Positions 49,332 to 62,564 of a stretch of 64,000 nt of DNA are shown piece after piece. Within the stretch, counting starts at the first letter, position 1; each line of letters starts with the position of its first letter. The position numbers were made by a program, and so were the translations under genes. Source of the stretch: Mytilus californianus (lineage: Eukaryota); NCBI RefSeq assembly GCF_021869535.1, contig NW_026262679.1:118048001-118112000 (forward strand), in the 5' to 3' direction. Under the pieces are notes generated by a model. That model did not search any database. It saw nothing but the letters and a program-made list of their open reading frames with translations, and was not told where the DNA came from.

Positions 49332-51030
49332 ATAAAAATTCGTAAGGGTTCCGCGGCAGTTGCGGATCCAGAGGGGGCGTAGAGAGCGTACGCCCCCTCC
49401 CCCCCCCCCTTTTTGCTTGAACTTTTTTTTTGTAAAAATTATTAATCAGAATAGACTTAGTGAACTTTGCCATTTCCCAGCAGTGTATTTTTATGCGACA
49501 ATTCTTTACTTATAAAGATATTTTTCGCTCGTATTTACTGTAATATATTATTGATTATGTTGAAGGCATGTGATTCGCTACGGTGGAGTTGATCAGTACG
49601 TCGAAAAAACGACACTCAGTCATGCACTTTGAAATTCAAATTACAGTAACACATTGCTTAGGCGGAAGATGACAAGCATGACGCCTTCAACGCGACAAAG
49701 GATTGAGCAAGAACGTGTTGACTTCTATCTCACAATTCCACTCAACAGAAAGTAATACTCTATTACACGCTCATGAAAAAAAAGTTCCAAAGCAATATTA
49801 TTCACCTACGAAAATATGTGTAACCCCACACGCCACAGCCATTTAATAACATTGCTGAATAATGATCCCCAGTCAGTAAGCTCTAGAAAGATTTAAAGTC
49901 TAAGGTACGGACCATTTGATTTGATAGGGCAGTCTGAGATATTTTAGAGAAACAATTTTAACCCTGGTTTTTGCCTTAAACAAAACTTCTCGCCGTATCT
50001 GTATTGAAAACAATTACCGTGTCCCCTTTTGAAATAAGAAAAATAAAATCCAACAAAATTATTCAGCATTAAATGAACATGGTGAATAAAAAACGGGCGT
50101 AATTTTTTTGAGGGATTTGCATGTAAATCCCATATCTGACCGGAATGTCTGTTTCGCCGAATTGATATACTGAATGCGCGGAACCCAGTGTCTCGCCTAC
50201 TTTTGCTGTTAGTCGCAGGTTCAACAAAAATGGGGGAAAATTTTAAAAAATTTCCTCTAGATACTATCTTTTGATTGTAAGAAGTTCTGTTCAATTTTGG
50301 TCAAAATCCAAGAAGGTTTATGAATCTAATAAATGTTTTAAAAACTTTAGCTGCAGACTGTACTTAATGTTAACTGGAATAAAACTAAGTCCATTCATAA
50401 GTAATATACGGAAAAACAGGAAATAAATTTTTACAAGATTTCCTTCTAGATACTAGCTTTTGATCATAAACAAGCTTCTGTCCAAGTGTGGTACAAATCC
50501 AGGATAGTTTAAGAAAGATATTAAAAATTGAAAAACTTTAACCACAGAGTGCATGTTATGTTAACTGGCAGAAAAACTAAGTCCATATATGAGTAAAATA
50601 CGGATAAACATGATTTTTTTTTACAAAATTTTCTTCTGGATACTATCTTATGATTATAAACAAGCTTCTGTCCAAGTTTGGTACAAATCTAGGATAGTTT
50701 AAGAAAGTTATTTAAATTTGAAAAAAACTTTTACCACAGATTGAATGTAATGTTAACTGGCAGAAAAATTAAGTCCATTTATGAGTAAAATACGGATAAA
50801 CAGGATTTTTTTTTACAAAATTTACTTCTGGATACTATCTTATGATCATAAACAAGCTTCTGTCCAATTTTGGTTGAAATGCAGGATAGTTTAAGAAAGT
50901 TATTAAAATTTCAAAAACTTTAACCACAGAGTGAATATTTGTGGACGACACCGACGACGACGACGACGCCGACGGAATGTAGGATCGCTATGTCTCGCTT
51001 TTGCGACAAAAGTCGCAGGCTCGACAAAAA
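49332..51030 (+). mobile_element. HINE-like element with ~175-bp core repeats, (GAC)n tract and terminal hairpin; 5' end split by an insertion at 49357-50176
   Basis: taaacaagcttctgtccaag core repeats, gacgacgacgcc tract and gcgac-aaaa-gtcgc hairpin at 51003-51016. Confidence 0.7.
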
Positions 51031-53483
51031 GTAAAGAGATAAGATAGAAAATATAATGCCACCAAATTGTTGTTGAATCGTAAAGATACATTGTTAGGCC
51101 GTACCAATTTGATTCCTAGTTCTTTGGATTTTCCCGCTCCTGTTTTGGAGAAATTGACTTCTCAATAAAAAAAAACTAATTACCGCTTCCGCAAATTTTA
51201 GGTCCGCATGCCACTCCAAAATCATTTTCTCCTTGAAATTTTTTTTTCACTTAGACGTTTTTCTATTGCATATATTGCTCCGATCGATTCAAACGAACGT
51301 GTGAATAAATCGATTTGTAAATAAAAGGTCAAAATTCGGGATGCGAACATGCAGTTGTGTCAGCTCATTGCCTTGGACAAGTAGTTATTGAACACACAGT
51401 TATCCGAAATGCATCTCGTTTTACCTTTGAAGGCCTGTCCTAGGAGGCAAAAATTAAAAATCTTTCGTTAAATGACCACAAATTCAATCACATCAATATT
51501 TGTTAGAACCATAGTCATCCCCGATCCTTGTTTCAACAGGCATAAACATATCTATCTTGGATGAAATTAATTGTGAATTCTCATAAACTTTTTAAAAAAT
51601 CACAGAATTATCTTATTTTGACTCAACCCCATATCCCCATGTTAGTCTTTTGGCATGCAAGCAGAACTTTTTTGTAAGGGGAAATTTAATAGAGTTCCAA
51701 CGTTCGATATCAAGGTGGTTGTATTGTGATTGGCATGTTCATAATAATTAGGGATGTGTAATTGGTCCAACCACTTCCAGTCAAGCTAAAGAGTTTTAAA
51801 TGCATTGCAGCTTTTAGTAGCAAAAGGAAAGAGTATTTTGCTCAGTCAGAATAATGAATGTGGTGACAGGTATCAGTGTATGTAATGTGCGAATCCTATA
51901 ATGTCATTTTTACTGTATCCGTGATGAATTTCTGATGTAGAATGATAAATAAACAGACGACAAATTCAAAATTTTTGAATAAAATAAGATATAATATATA
52001 ATGTGTACTGTTTTTATAAATTCATGATATAGGTATGAGATGCGGACGGGTTTTCATCGCGCCTACAGCCATCCAGGTGCAAAATTGATACACAAATAGA
52101 TAAATATTAAGAATAGTTCACGAACAGAGCGTGCAAGAGATTTAAAAGTAAACAGTTAAGTTTCATTTTCAGAAAAAAATGTACCTTTTAACATAATTAT
52201 TAATGTTGTTTTACTTAAAACAGGTTTTGTTATTCAGCTTGTTGATATTGAATCAAATTCCACTATGCTGTTTTCGTTATGCGATTCATGTTTACTGTCT
52301 AATAATGATACTAGACTTTCATTTTCACTGTAGGGCGATTCATTTCTATTGTATATGCGATGCATTTTCACAGAAGGGAATTAATTAATTTTCATTATAT
52401 AAAGTCTTAATTCAGCCGACTCGCTAACAAAATTTATGAAGTCAGAAGGATTGATTATATATGCATACTTAGTGAGTGAAAGTCTGAGGTAATATATCAA
52501 TAAATTCCTTAAACGTGGTATTTATTGCTAATATAGTCAGGAACTTTCTATACTACTAAGTTAGTATAGACTGTCCCTGATATAGTCAATTTTATTTTCT
52601 CAAATAATTTGTCCTGATCTATATGTAGGATAAAATTTATTCTTTCCTATGACACGTCATCATTAAATACATATATCTTTGACAGTTAAGCCAATCCACG
52701 TCACCGAAAAAGCAAAGTTTCTGTTTCGGTCTAAATCTACATCGCATACTAATAAATTAAACGTCATAAGAGCTAATTTCCTATTTTTGTAGTTAAAAGG
52801 TGTGGTTGGCCTTGATTGTGTAAATGTTGCCTAAGCATTGTAATTAAGATTGAGCAAACGTTTATACAAACAAAGCAAGCAAGCCACCCAAACCTTTAAA
52901 CTACAAGCGTTAGGAAAATAGCTCTAATGGATGCATTTGAGATAACACAGAGCATTCACAAAACGATCTTCAATTCACGATTGAATGAGTGGAAACGTTT
53001 TCATCTTGCACAAACAATTGACGCTTGGGTGACTGGATAATTGATATTTATCATGCCATTGTGTATAAATCTTGTACAGTAAAGAAAGTTCGAGCAACAG
53101 TCGAGTCACCTTAAATATGCTTGAATTTCTTATAAGTCGGAGTTACAAATAAGCCAATGCGCAATTGTGAGAATACAAAGAAATATTGAAAGCAGTTTAT
53201 TGTTACATGTTTAAATGGTACCACGGGGTATAACCGCCGTACAGTTGATTCCAGACGTTAATCGCTACATCGCGAAGCAATGTTGGTAGATATACCGTTC
53301 TTATATTTACACCAAAGACTAATTGACTAACTGTTCAGTTAAGTATTCAATGTTTATGAAAACAAAGTTTACTGCTCCTGGCAGCATTGTATATCATTTA
53401 TATTACATGAACACCATGTGACTATTTTAAATAGACAGGTCTGTGAATTACTTGTAAACATCGCGAAACAAACACTATGTAAC

Positions 53484-54165
53484 TAAGTAAGTAAGTGATA
53501 TCATTTATTATAGTGACATGTGTAGCGTAGATAATATTACATAATAAGAATACAATATTTAAATAAATTTACACACCGTTGGACCTATAAGTAACTTTAA
53601 ACCTAATATTCAAATTTTCAATACGCAATGTGAGATTGTTACTTAAAAAGAAATTCCTTCCTTTTACAGAAAAATAAATTTAAATATTTGGCAGTTTGTC
53701 TTTGATGAAGTGTCATCAAATTAGCAAATGTTCTGTTATCAATAAAATTACTATCAAGGTTCACTGATTCAAATAACAAGTGTCTTAAATTATGGTAAGC
53801 TTTACAGTACAACAAGAAATGTTTTTCATCTTCGACAGATCCGTCATCGCAGAAAGTGCAAAATCGTTCATCAGGAGCCTCATTTCTAAATCGCCCAGTT
53901 TCAATGCGCAAAGGTAGTATTCCACAGCGAAATTCTGCCATAACTGATCGTTCTTGTTTCTTGGTGTTCATTTTGACGTAAAGTTCAGTCTCGTACTTCT
54001 GTTTAATCGTAATGTAAGTCCTTAATTTGGGGATATTAGCGATTTTACCAGTCCAATCGTTTTCACAGTATTTCATAATCTTTGTTTTAAAAAGTTCAAT
54101 GTTGCATACATTTACATATTCATAGCAACTGTCTATGTCCACTTTGTGAAAAATTTCCTTCATCT
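53484..54165 (-). mobile_element. 3' end of a non-LTR retrotransposon (ORF2 C-terminal CCHC region, AATAAA and (ACTT)n tail)
   Basis: KLRTYITIK..FRCGILPLRIETGRF..ERFCTFCDDGSVEDEKHFLLYC; on the + strand tttatt at 53504-53509 and taagtaagtaagtg at 53484-53497. Confidence 0.85.
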
Positions 54166-55375
54166 GAGAGCTCGACTAGCCCGATTTATTATACATTGTA
54201 GTTCCAAAGAAAAAGCGTTTTCGTTAGTCTATCATTGTCCATTTTTACAGCCGATTCTATCTTCTAACCATAGAAATCCATCTATGTGTAACTGAAACTG
54301 ATTAAACTACAAATAGAGCATAGTCGGTTGGCTCTTTCACTTAATGCGACCGTGTATTTTGTGCTTTGTTGTTGTTAAAATACATTATACGAATGAGAAA
54401 CCCGTTGTTTTAATTTTATTTGAAGACATTTACTTGAAAAACTGACCTCAGAATTTTGACACTGTACGATTCATTCTCTTTGTAGTTTGTTTTCTTTCTT
54501 TAGTACCGTTTGTTGTACATTCTTGTACTGTTCGTTGTGCAAAAGCCTATCAATTCGATAGAAATATGTATGACACGGCGTGACAAATGTTCAAAGCTTT
54601 TTTAAGCGAGTTATAAAACTTTTCAAAGAAAATTCGTCGTAGAAAAACGTTATATTCATGGATGTTCTGCTCCAGTAAATTTTCGGATCCATGACAAGCT
54701 AATAGCAAACTCACCAACAATATTTGAATATTCATGATATGAACGTGGTTATACCCGTGTATATTCAAGTAAACATCTACGACTAGCTTGCATTTCAAAT
54801 TGTAAATATCATCAATGTTAAAGTCATTTAAAAACTATTTTCAGTTGTTGTATGTCGAATAATCATATAAAACGACAATGAAAATTCATCGCACTTCCAA
54901 AAATTCCAGATCAGAAATGATTGCACTTACAGTGATAATTCATCGCATCTATAGTTAAAATAAATTGCATTCAGTAATCAATATTATGGATTCTGCTGCT
55001 TAAATAACACTTTTTTGGATTTTAATCCTGTTATTATACATTAAATTCTAATGAAATTCTGTTAAAACATACATTCAAATCTATTATTTTGTATTTTCAA
55101 AAAGTAAACAAACGCAGTTTTTCCAATCATCCTTTATTCTACAATAGACATACTCGCATACAACAGTGAAAATGAACTAACTGGATTCGCACTTTATATA
55201 CACTGGGTATTTTAAGGGAATATTTTAATACATTGAAATCTACATGCATACCAATATAACTATCTTACTCATGATTTTGTTTTAGTACAAAGCAAGAAAT
55301 ATTCACCTCACTTATTATGTTGATCCTAAATATGGATAAATAGTTCCAACTGGATGTCAAGCAGCCAATAAACAA

Positions 55376-55640
55376 TCTGATGTTCAGTAGTTGTCGTTTG
55401 TTGATGTGGTTCATAAGTGTTTCTCGTTTCTCGTTTTTTATATAGATTAGACCGTTGGTTTTCCCGTTTGAATGGTTTTACACTAGTAATTTTTGGGGCC
55501 CTTTATAGCTTGCTGTTCGGTGTGAGCCAAGGCTCCGTGTTGAAGACCGTACTTTGACCTATAATGGTTTACTTTTATAAAATGTGACTTGGATGGAGAG
55601 TTGTCTCATTGGCACTCATACCACATCTTCTTATATCTAA
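55376..55640. mobile_element. SINE-like family A copy
   Basis: Near-identical to 4620-4888. Confidence 0.8.
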
Positions 55641-58217
55641 TTACCATATAATGAAAACAACTATATCAAAAAATATTTAATATCTTTCAGGGGCATTTTT
55701 TTGATACACACACATATTTTAATTCTATTCAACATATGTCATTTACCTAATTAACATAATTCCTCTTGTAAAACAGCATCTGCTATGCTTCCTTAATATA
55801 TATGTATATATACATGTATAGATTTAAATGAAAATTCACGCAGACAAAGCTTATTTGAAGAAAATAATCAAGATTAACTAAACCACAGTGAGACAAGAAA
55901 GTCTGGTATGGTACAGGCACCAATAAATCAAATTATATGCATAATTAGAGCATGTTTCTCCTCGTTTTTCTATGAAGTAACCCAGTTATAACATGCACAT
56001 AAATTCTAAATCGCACAATTTAAAAAAAATTATACCGCTCGCTTCACTTGTAGAGCACTCGCCTAAAAAAAATCATTTTCAAAAAAACATAATCAAATAA
56101 TTTCGCTCGCTCGCCCCATAATTTTAGAGCTTTTGTCCGAAGAACTACAAATCAAATTGGTGTGGCCTAACAGCAAGAATACGTTAAAAGGGGTAAAATA
56201 AGTTAAAATACTAAAGAAATTAAGAAATTTTACCTCAAATCATTTTTCCCCAAATCGCCTGTGGTTTTTTTTTTGATGGATTTTGCACCTGTTGATGAAT
56301 GTCTGCTCTTTCCAATGATTTTTTGCAAGTTTAGACAATAATTATAGTAAAACAGTGTCAACGGTTAAAAAAGAGAATTGACTGAATTCAACCTATTCTC
56401 ATCAAAACAGAAACAAATATCAAAAGATGTTCTCCAGAAAAGTGCAGGATAACATTTTAATTTTCTGAAATTTAACCTTTAAAAAGGGAATCCTTATAAA
56501 ATGTGGTATGATTGCTAATGAGACAAATATCCACCAGAAACCAAATGATGTAGATGTTAGCAACTATAGGTCACCGTACGGCTTTCGAGTTGGAACTTTT
56601 AGACAGAATGAAGAAGACGAATGGATGTTTTAATCAAGATTAAAAGGGAGAGGGTTGAATGCTCAAAACATAATTTAATCCCTCCTGTCGAAGTTTCAAA
56701 TCTAGTCAGTTTTGTTTGATGTAATGATTTGGTATTCAATATTTAGTAATATTTATAACTGATTGCAGATCTTTGATGGACTGTGATCAATATATTAACG
56801 TTTTGTCTAGACTAATGATAATAAAGTCTGGTATGATCTTAATGCCTACTGTGTAGATACCTGTATAATTGTTAACACATGCACAGATGTCTAGATGACT
56901 TTTGTATTGTTTGTGTTGTGAGGTTGCTGTTTTACGTATACCTTATTATCTCTTATTCATCCATGATGTATTTTGATATGAATTACCGTTGTTGAAGTTG
57001 CACTTGTATGACTGTACGTCAAAGTGGAGTTTTATCTGCCAAATTTAAGTATGTCAACGAACTGCTCTTTTGTTTGCTGTTATTTTTGTTGACTACACCG
57101 GTATAAGAGTATATGGACGCTTGAAAAATTATAGTTCATTTTATTTTTGTAAACTGTTTAAAAAGGACAATAACTAGCTGCCTAAAACATTATTTCAATC
57201 ACATCTTAAAAATGTTTACAATGCTAATAAAACAGAAATGTTCTTTCCACACATAATCATGATAATTACTGATATGTATACGTTATCTGCCTTTGTTTAT
57301 CGGAAGTCATAAACTGAAACGTTCATTCCGTCCGAACCGTCACGAAACAAGTGTAATTCGAACTGTTCAGGTCTATGAGCTAGCTCTTAAAACTGCTTTG
57401 TATGCTGTTTGTTAATTGTTCAAATCTATTTGAGTTGATATTTTCTGTTATACTGTAGAGTTAGGTGCTGGTTATGTTTAAAATTGTGTGTTAATGTACT
57501 TTTTTCAGTCCACTGATAGAGAGGAAAACGGTAGGGGTTGAAATCTCAAAAAATAATTAAACCCCTTCATATATTTATCTACCTGTCCAAAGTCCAGAGC
57601 CTCGTCAGAGATTGTCCCATGTCATATCTTATTAGTATTACTATATTGGAAAACATGGTATTCGTGGCAGATCTTTGAGGTTTCTGTTTCATTTTCTCAC
57701 ACTTGTTTTAGACGCGAGGCGATTCAGAGCTTGATTGTGTACTTATTATATACACACATGTTTGTTGTGATGACTTTAATATGTTATCTTTCAGTTGTTT
57801 ATTAATTGTATCGTTGGGTTTCTGTCTCATTGGTGTATATCTTACATATCCCCTATATTTATATAAATATAGAAATATCTAAAAATTTAAAGAGTTCATT
57901 TTGTCTACTATATGCACGCACATCCTTATATTCCACGCCAATTCGGGCTACGAAATGCCAGTGATGTTTTCGCCATCTGAGTTACAATTGAATGTTTCTG
58001 TTTGTAAAATAACGCAAGAGCGAATTGGAACTCTAGAATCAAATTATTATTATGCATGTGAGTAATACTGCATGCAATTCAATGTATAAATTCTCTTTAA
58101 CAGTACTGTATGACTAATATAGAAGCAGAAAGTGTTCATTCCTAAATTCTTTAATAAAAAGACTTGTCCAAAATTAGTGTGTCCAAAGACATTGAATTAT
58201 ATTATAACAGGAACTCC

Positions 58218-58781
58218 TTAAACTAGTGATGGTGGTGGTCGGGCAGGAGTTGTCGGAACTGGTGTTGGTGGTTGTGTGGCAGGAGTTGTCGGAACTGGTG
58301 TTGGTGGTTGTGTGGCAGGACTAGTCGGGGCTGGTGTTGGTGGTTGTGTGGCAGGGGAACCCGTTGGGACTGGTGATGGTGATGGTGGTGGTGGTGGTGG
58401 TGGTGGAGTAGTTGGGGATACTGGTACGTTCGTTGCACCTTGGGGTGGGCCTGCTGGATCTGTTGGGCATGTAAGCGTTGTACAAGTGAACGTTGGAACG
58501 CTATTTGTATCATATTTGAAAATGAATTTCATCGTATGTTGCTGAACGGCCATTTCTTCTGTATTGATAGAATAAACATCTTTTATTGGTTTTGGACCAC
58601 GCCCTTGTCTTCCTCCACGACCACCTCCTCGACCACCTCCTTGTTTTCCTCTAAAACCACCTCTTTTACCGCCTTTTTTTCCTCCTCTCATTTTCTTATT
58701 GCCCATTTCTTTGGTGCTGCCAAGTTCTTTATTTCTTTTATTTCCACGACGTCGTCCTAATACACTGAATGGTTCTTCTAC
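58218..58781 (-). CDS. Secreted block protein, coding exon 2 (basic Gly/Arg/Lys tract, Cys pair, Pro/Thr repeats)
   Basis: caacatAG acceptor; phase 0; VEEPFSVLGRRRGNKRNK...KGGKRGGFRGKQGGGRGG...TCTTLTCP...PATQPPTPVPTT; TAA at 58218; ATTAAA downstream (~58150). Confidence 0.85.
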   Translation of the reverse strand, partial: VEEPFSVLGRRRGNKRNKELGSTKEMGNKKMRGGKKGGKRGGFRGKQGGGRGGGRGGRQGRGPKPIKDVYSINTEEMAVQQHTMKFIFKYDTNSVPTFTCTTLTCPTDPAGPPQGATNVPVSPTTPPPPPPPPSPSPVPTGSPATQPPTPAPTSPATQPPTPVPTTPATQPPTPVPTTPARPPPSLV

Positions 58782-60289
58782 CTATGTTGATATAAAAGGA
58801 AATGAAATTATTTTGTTTTTCAAAATTAATACTCAAATTACAACGTACATATTTACTTTATTTTACACCCCTGAACAGTCTTCGGCAAGTTTAAAAAAGG
58901 GTTCAATCAGCTTAACCAGCTAAGTACTTTATCTAATATCATGCTATAAATATAAATATTATAAATGCATGACTTGTAACATGCAGTATACATATAGTAT
59001 TTATATATAGACTATCAACAATATTATGATAGATTAAAATGCAATATTTTCGGACGCCAATAAATGAAAGGGTTACCACCATCATAATGTGTGCATACGT
59101 ACCTATTTGACGTTAATATGTTTCTTGGTTGCATTAGGGGTTATGCAAATGTAAATTGCATTTTCTTAAAGATGGGGAAAACATTTTGTGTAGATACCCA
59201 GTGATGAGCAAAGGTAATTATTATATTCATATTCAACTTCATAGAAAAACTGGGCGATTTGAATATAGGTTTATTGAGGCTTTACACCGATCGATTATTC
59301 TTCAGTTTATTTATTAACACGCATAATTTGTTACTACTGATAATCCTATCAAACTATTTTCTGCATATTTTCAGTTATACTGTTATGAGTTTCGTTAACA
59401 GTGTGGTTAAAAATCAGAATTATTTCAGCACATTTTGACCATTTGTATATATATAGGACGAGAGCAATTATTCACATCAGTGGGTGTCTGTGGTCGGATA
59501 TCTCGTTCGAAACCATCTCCTATGAAACCGTTCACTGGGCCAATTGTACTTGTGAAACATGTCAAACTATTTTACTCAAAGGTCGGGATTTTGGAAGATT
59601 AATTTTGTTACTTTAGTTTGTGAGAGGTATTAATTCATGCATCTTAATTTAATTTAAATCAATTTTTATTTTATTTTTTTTCGTTTCTTTTGGTAGGACA
59701 GAAAATAGTGGTTAATTAATTGTCAATGACTAGTCTGGGGTTTTTGTTTTGGTGAGTAAATAAGAAGAACGATGTTTATATCACTAACAAACCTATTGAA
59801 CACATAGTTTACAAGTATATATATTGAACAGTCCTGCTAGGGAGACAGTTTTGTGTTATTTGTATTAGTTTGTTGGATTAAATCGAGAATAATTTCAATG
59901 TTTTAATATGAAAAAAAAAAGAATTTATGCCAATTTTTCATATGCATTTAAATTTTTAAAATTGAACCTAGGACATAAAGAGTTGTAAATATGTCCTTGA
60001 CTCAAAGTAACCAAATAAAAACCAATAAAGCTTAATCTAAATTTACTTTCACCTTTCAAAATATCAGAAAAATAATTATGTTTTGTGTAATTTTAAGAGT
60101 CAAATATATTATACATATTCATGCCGAGAACAAGTTAAACCTAATAGCTATAGAAAAAATGTATGTGTCATCGATCGGGATGAAAGGCATGTTTGGACTC
60201 TCTTTGGAATAGGATACTGAGCAGGGATAGAAAGCTTTCGTTACTACCAGCAAACTTAGGATCATGGCAACTTTGAGACAGCCAGGTGG

Positions 60290-61000
60290 GAAATGAACAT
60301 TTATCATTTCGGGGACTTTTAAAGCTGACTTTGCGGTATGGGTTTTGCTCATTGTTGAAGGCCGTACGGTGACTTAAAGTTGCTAACTTCTATGTCATTT
60401 GGTCTCTGGTGGAGAGTTGTCTCATTGGCAATTATACCACATCTTCTTATTTTTATATTTCCTCATTGACGAAGACCGTATGGTGACCTATATATGCTAA
60501 CTTCTACGTCATCTCTGGTGGAGAGTTGTCTCATTGGCAATCATACCACATCTTCTCATTTTCATATTAACATTATATCCCGCACCATATGTCGTCATTA
60601 AAAAAATAAGGAGTCATGGTATAATTGCAAATAAGACAACTATGCACCAGCAAATTTAAGCAACTATAGGTCACCGAACAGCCTACATCAATGTGCAATA
60701 CTCATACCGTATACTAGAAGTAGGCTATTAAAGGTACCTTTGTGACAAAATGTAAAACAAATCAACCCAGAAAACCAACGGCTTGCTTTATGCTTAAACA
60801 ATAAATGAAAAAAAAAACATGCAAAGACAACCACTGAATCACATGCTTCTCGCTTCGAACAGGCAAGGTTGAATTGTGGCGAGATTAAACAAGTGTGTCA
60901 GCGCTCAACCTCCCCCTAAACCGGGAAAATGGTGTAACAGCACAACGTGAGAACAAACTGTCTTTTAAAACAGTTGGAAATTATTTCACGTCTCAGATCT
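60290..61000. mobile_element. Cluster of SINE-like family A copies in both orientations (intronic)
   Basis: gagagttgtctcattggcaat occurs twice (60410-60560), followed by an opposite-orientation copy at 60600-61000. Confidence 0.7.
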
Positions 61001-61946
61001 ACACGATGCACAAAATATTACAAACAAAAGGACAAATGACACAATGCACGGATCTCAGAGTACCCACAGTCAAATCCAATTACATCGGAACAACCAATAA
61101 ATAAATCCAGTATTCCCAGACTTAAATATCAAATAGTACATATCCAAAAGGATTAGGTGCAAAGACTTCATAAACAATCTGAAAACGCTTGGCTTAGTTC
61201 ATTTCCAACATATAACTTATCGATAGGATGTAGGATCATGCGTGTTCATTACAATAGAATTTTTTTGTTTTGATTTATCAAGAATAAAATAAATGTTACC
61301 ACTCATAAAGACAACATATAAAGATCACACAACAGTTCCAATTGTCTTTATGAATTAGTTACTAGTAACTCAAAAGATTAATACGTTTACGTTGATCGTA
61401 TCTAAGTTTATGGTCTCTATAAACAACATTACTATAATAATTTAACAAGCACATTCAAAACCCTATCCATTCAATTTTGTTGCCATTCTTTGTTTTTGCA
61501 TTACGAATTGTTATTTTCATGTAATTACAGTAGTAGAATATTGAGTCAATTGAACTGAAGAAGGCACCAAAAATATTTAAATTTTAAACGAATTAGCACC
61601 AAAGAAAGAAGTAAGTTCATAGACGAAGGGAACAATATATAAGAAACATAAAAGTAAGGAAGTAATAAAGGCGAAAACAACATGCGAGTTGAAAGAAAAA
61701 AAGCCATATAGACAAATAGAATAAGGAATCTTACATAAGTGCCAACATCAGAACTATCTTTTTGTCGTTTTTTCATTTTAACTCAATCGTTTCTTTACTC
61801 TTCCAGTTTTCATTTCATGTATAATATAAAAATAAGGAGATGTGATATGATTGCCAGTGAGACAACTATCCAACCAAGTTCGAATGAAGTGGATGTAAGC
61901 AATTATAATTTTTAATACGTTTTTTGTAAGTGATAAAAATGCATAC

Positions 61947-62564
61947 CTGGAAACCCCATATGTTTTCAGAAAAGCTAATTTTAGCGATGAATTCTCCCTC
62001 TCCTGTTGTTGTCGTTACATCAAATACACAAGTTTCTTCTTTTTCCGCAGTATCTTCTTCATCAGGACAATCTTCATCAAATTCAACATCTTTGTCATCC
62101 TCATCAAATCCAAAATCTATGTCATCTATGTCTAATCCAAAATCTTTGTCATCTTTATCAAATTCAACATCTTTGTCATCTTTATCAAATCCAAAATCTT
62201 TGTCATCTTTATCAAATCCAAAATCTTTGTCATCTTTATCAAATCCAAAATCTTTGTCATCTTTGTCAAAACGATGATCAGCAAAACTCTTTTCGTCATT
62301 AAAGCCATCATCGCTGTCATCATCATCGTCATCATCAAGACCATACATTTTGATACCATCAATGGAACTTGAATCCGATTCACTCGAATCTAGATCATTC
62401 GAATCATTCAAATCGTCGAAAAGGTCGTCTTGATCAATATTCTGACTATCTAACGCACCAAGATCAGTTCTATCTTTACCATTTGGGTCATCGGTGTTAA
62501 GTGGCTTATTAGGTTTGCAATGGCACCTAAGTGCCATCAGCACTACAATCAATGTAATTCGCAT
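61947..62564 (-). CDS. Secreted block protein, coding exon 1 (signal peptide, Asp-rich region, about 7 DKDDKDFGF-type repeats)
   Basis: MRITLIVVLMALRCHC signal; acceptor tttttcAG 1 nt before the ATG; donor CAG|GTATGC in phase 0 after 206 codons. Confidence 0.88.

Noticed and set aside
58223-58545. Poly-His ORF (-) and Gly/Val-rich ORF (+)
   Set aside because: Alternative and antisense frames of the Pro/Thr repeat. Only the Pro/Thr frame is in phase with the splice acceptor.
58722-58746. Apparent short duplication that might frameshift exon 2 of the Asp-rich gene
   Set aside because: The repeat is 9 nt (NKR-NKE) and keeps the frame.
59440-60352. Protein-like frames in the intron of the Asp-rich gene as possible middle exons
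   Set aside because: Poor acceptors and in-frame stops; the 60119-60352 ORF starts within a SINE copy.
61930-62383. Ser-rich (+), Gln/His/Cys-rich (+) and Met/Lys-rich (-) repeat ORFs
   Set aside because: Shadow frames of the 27-bp DKDDKDFGF coding repeat.
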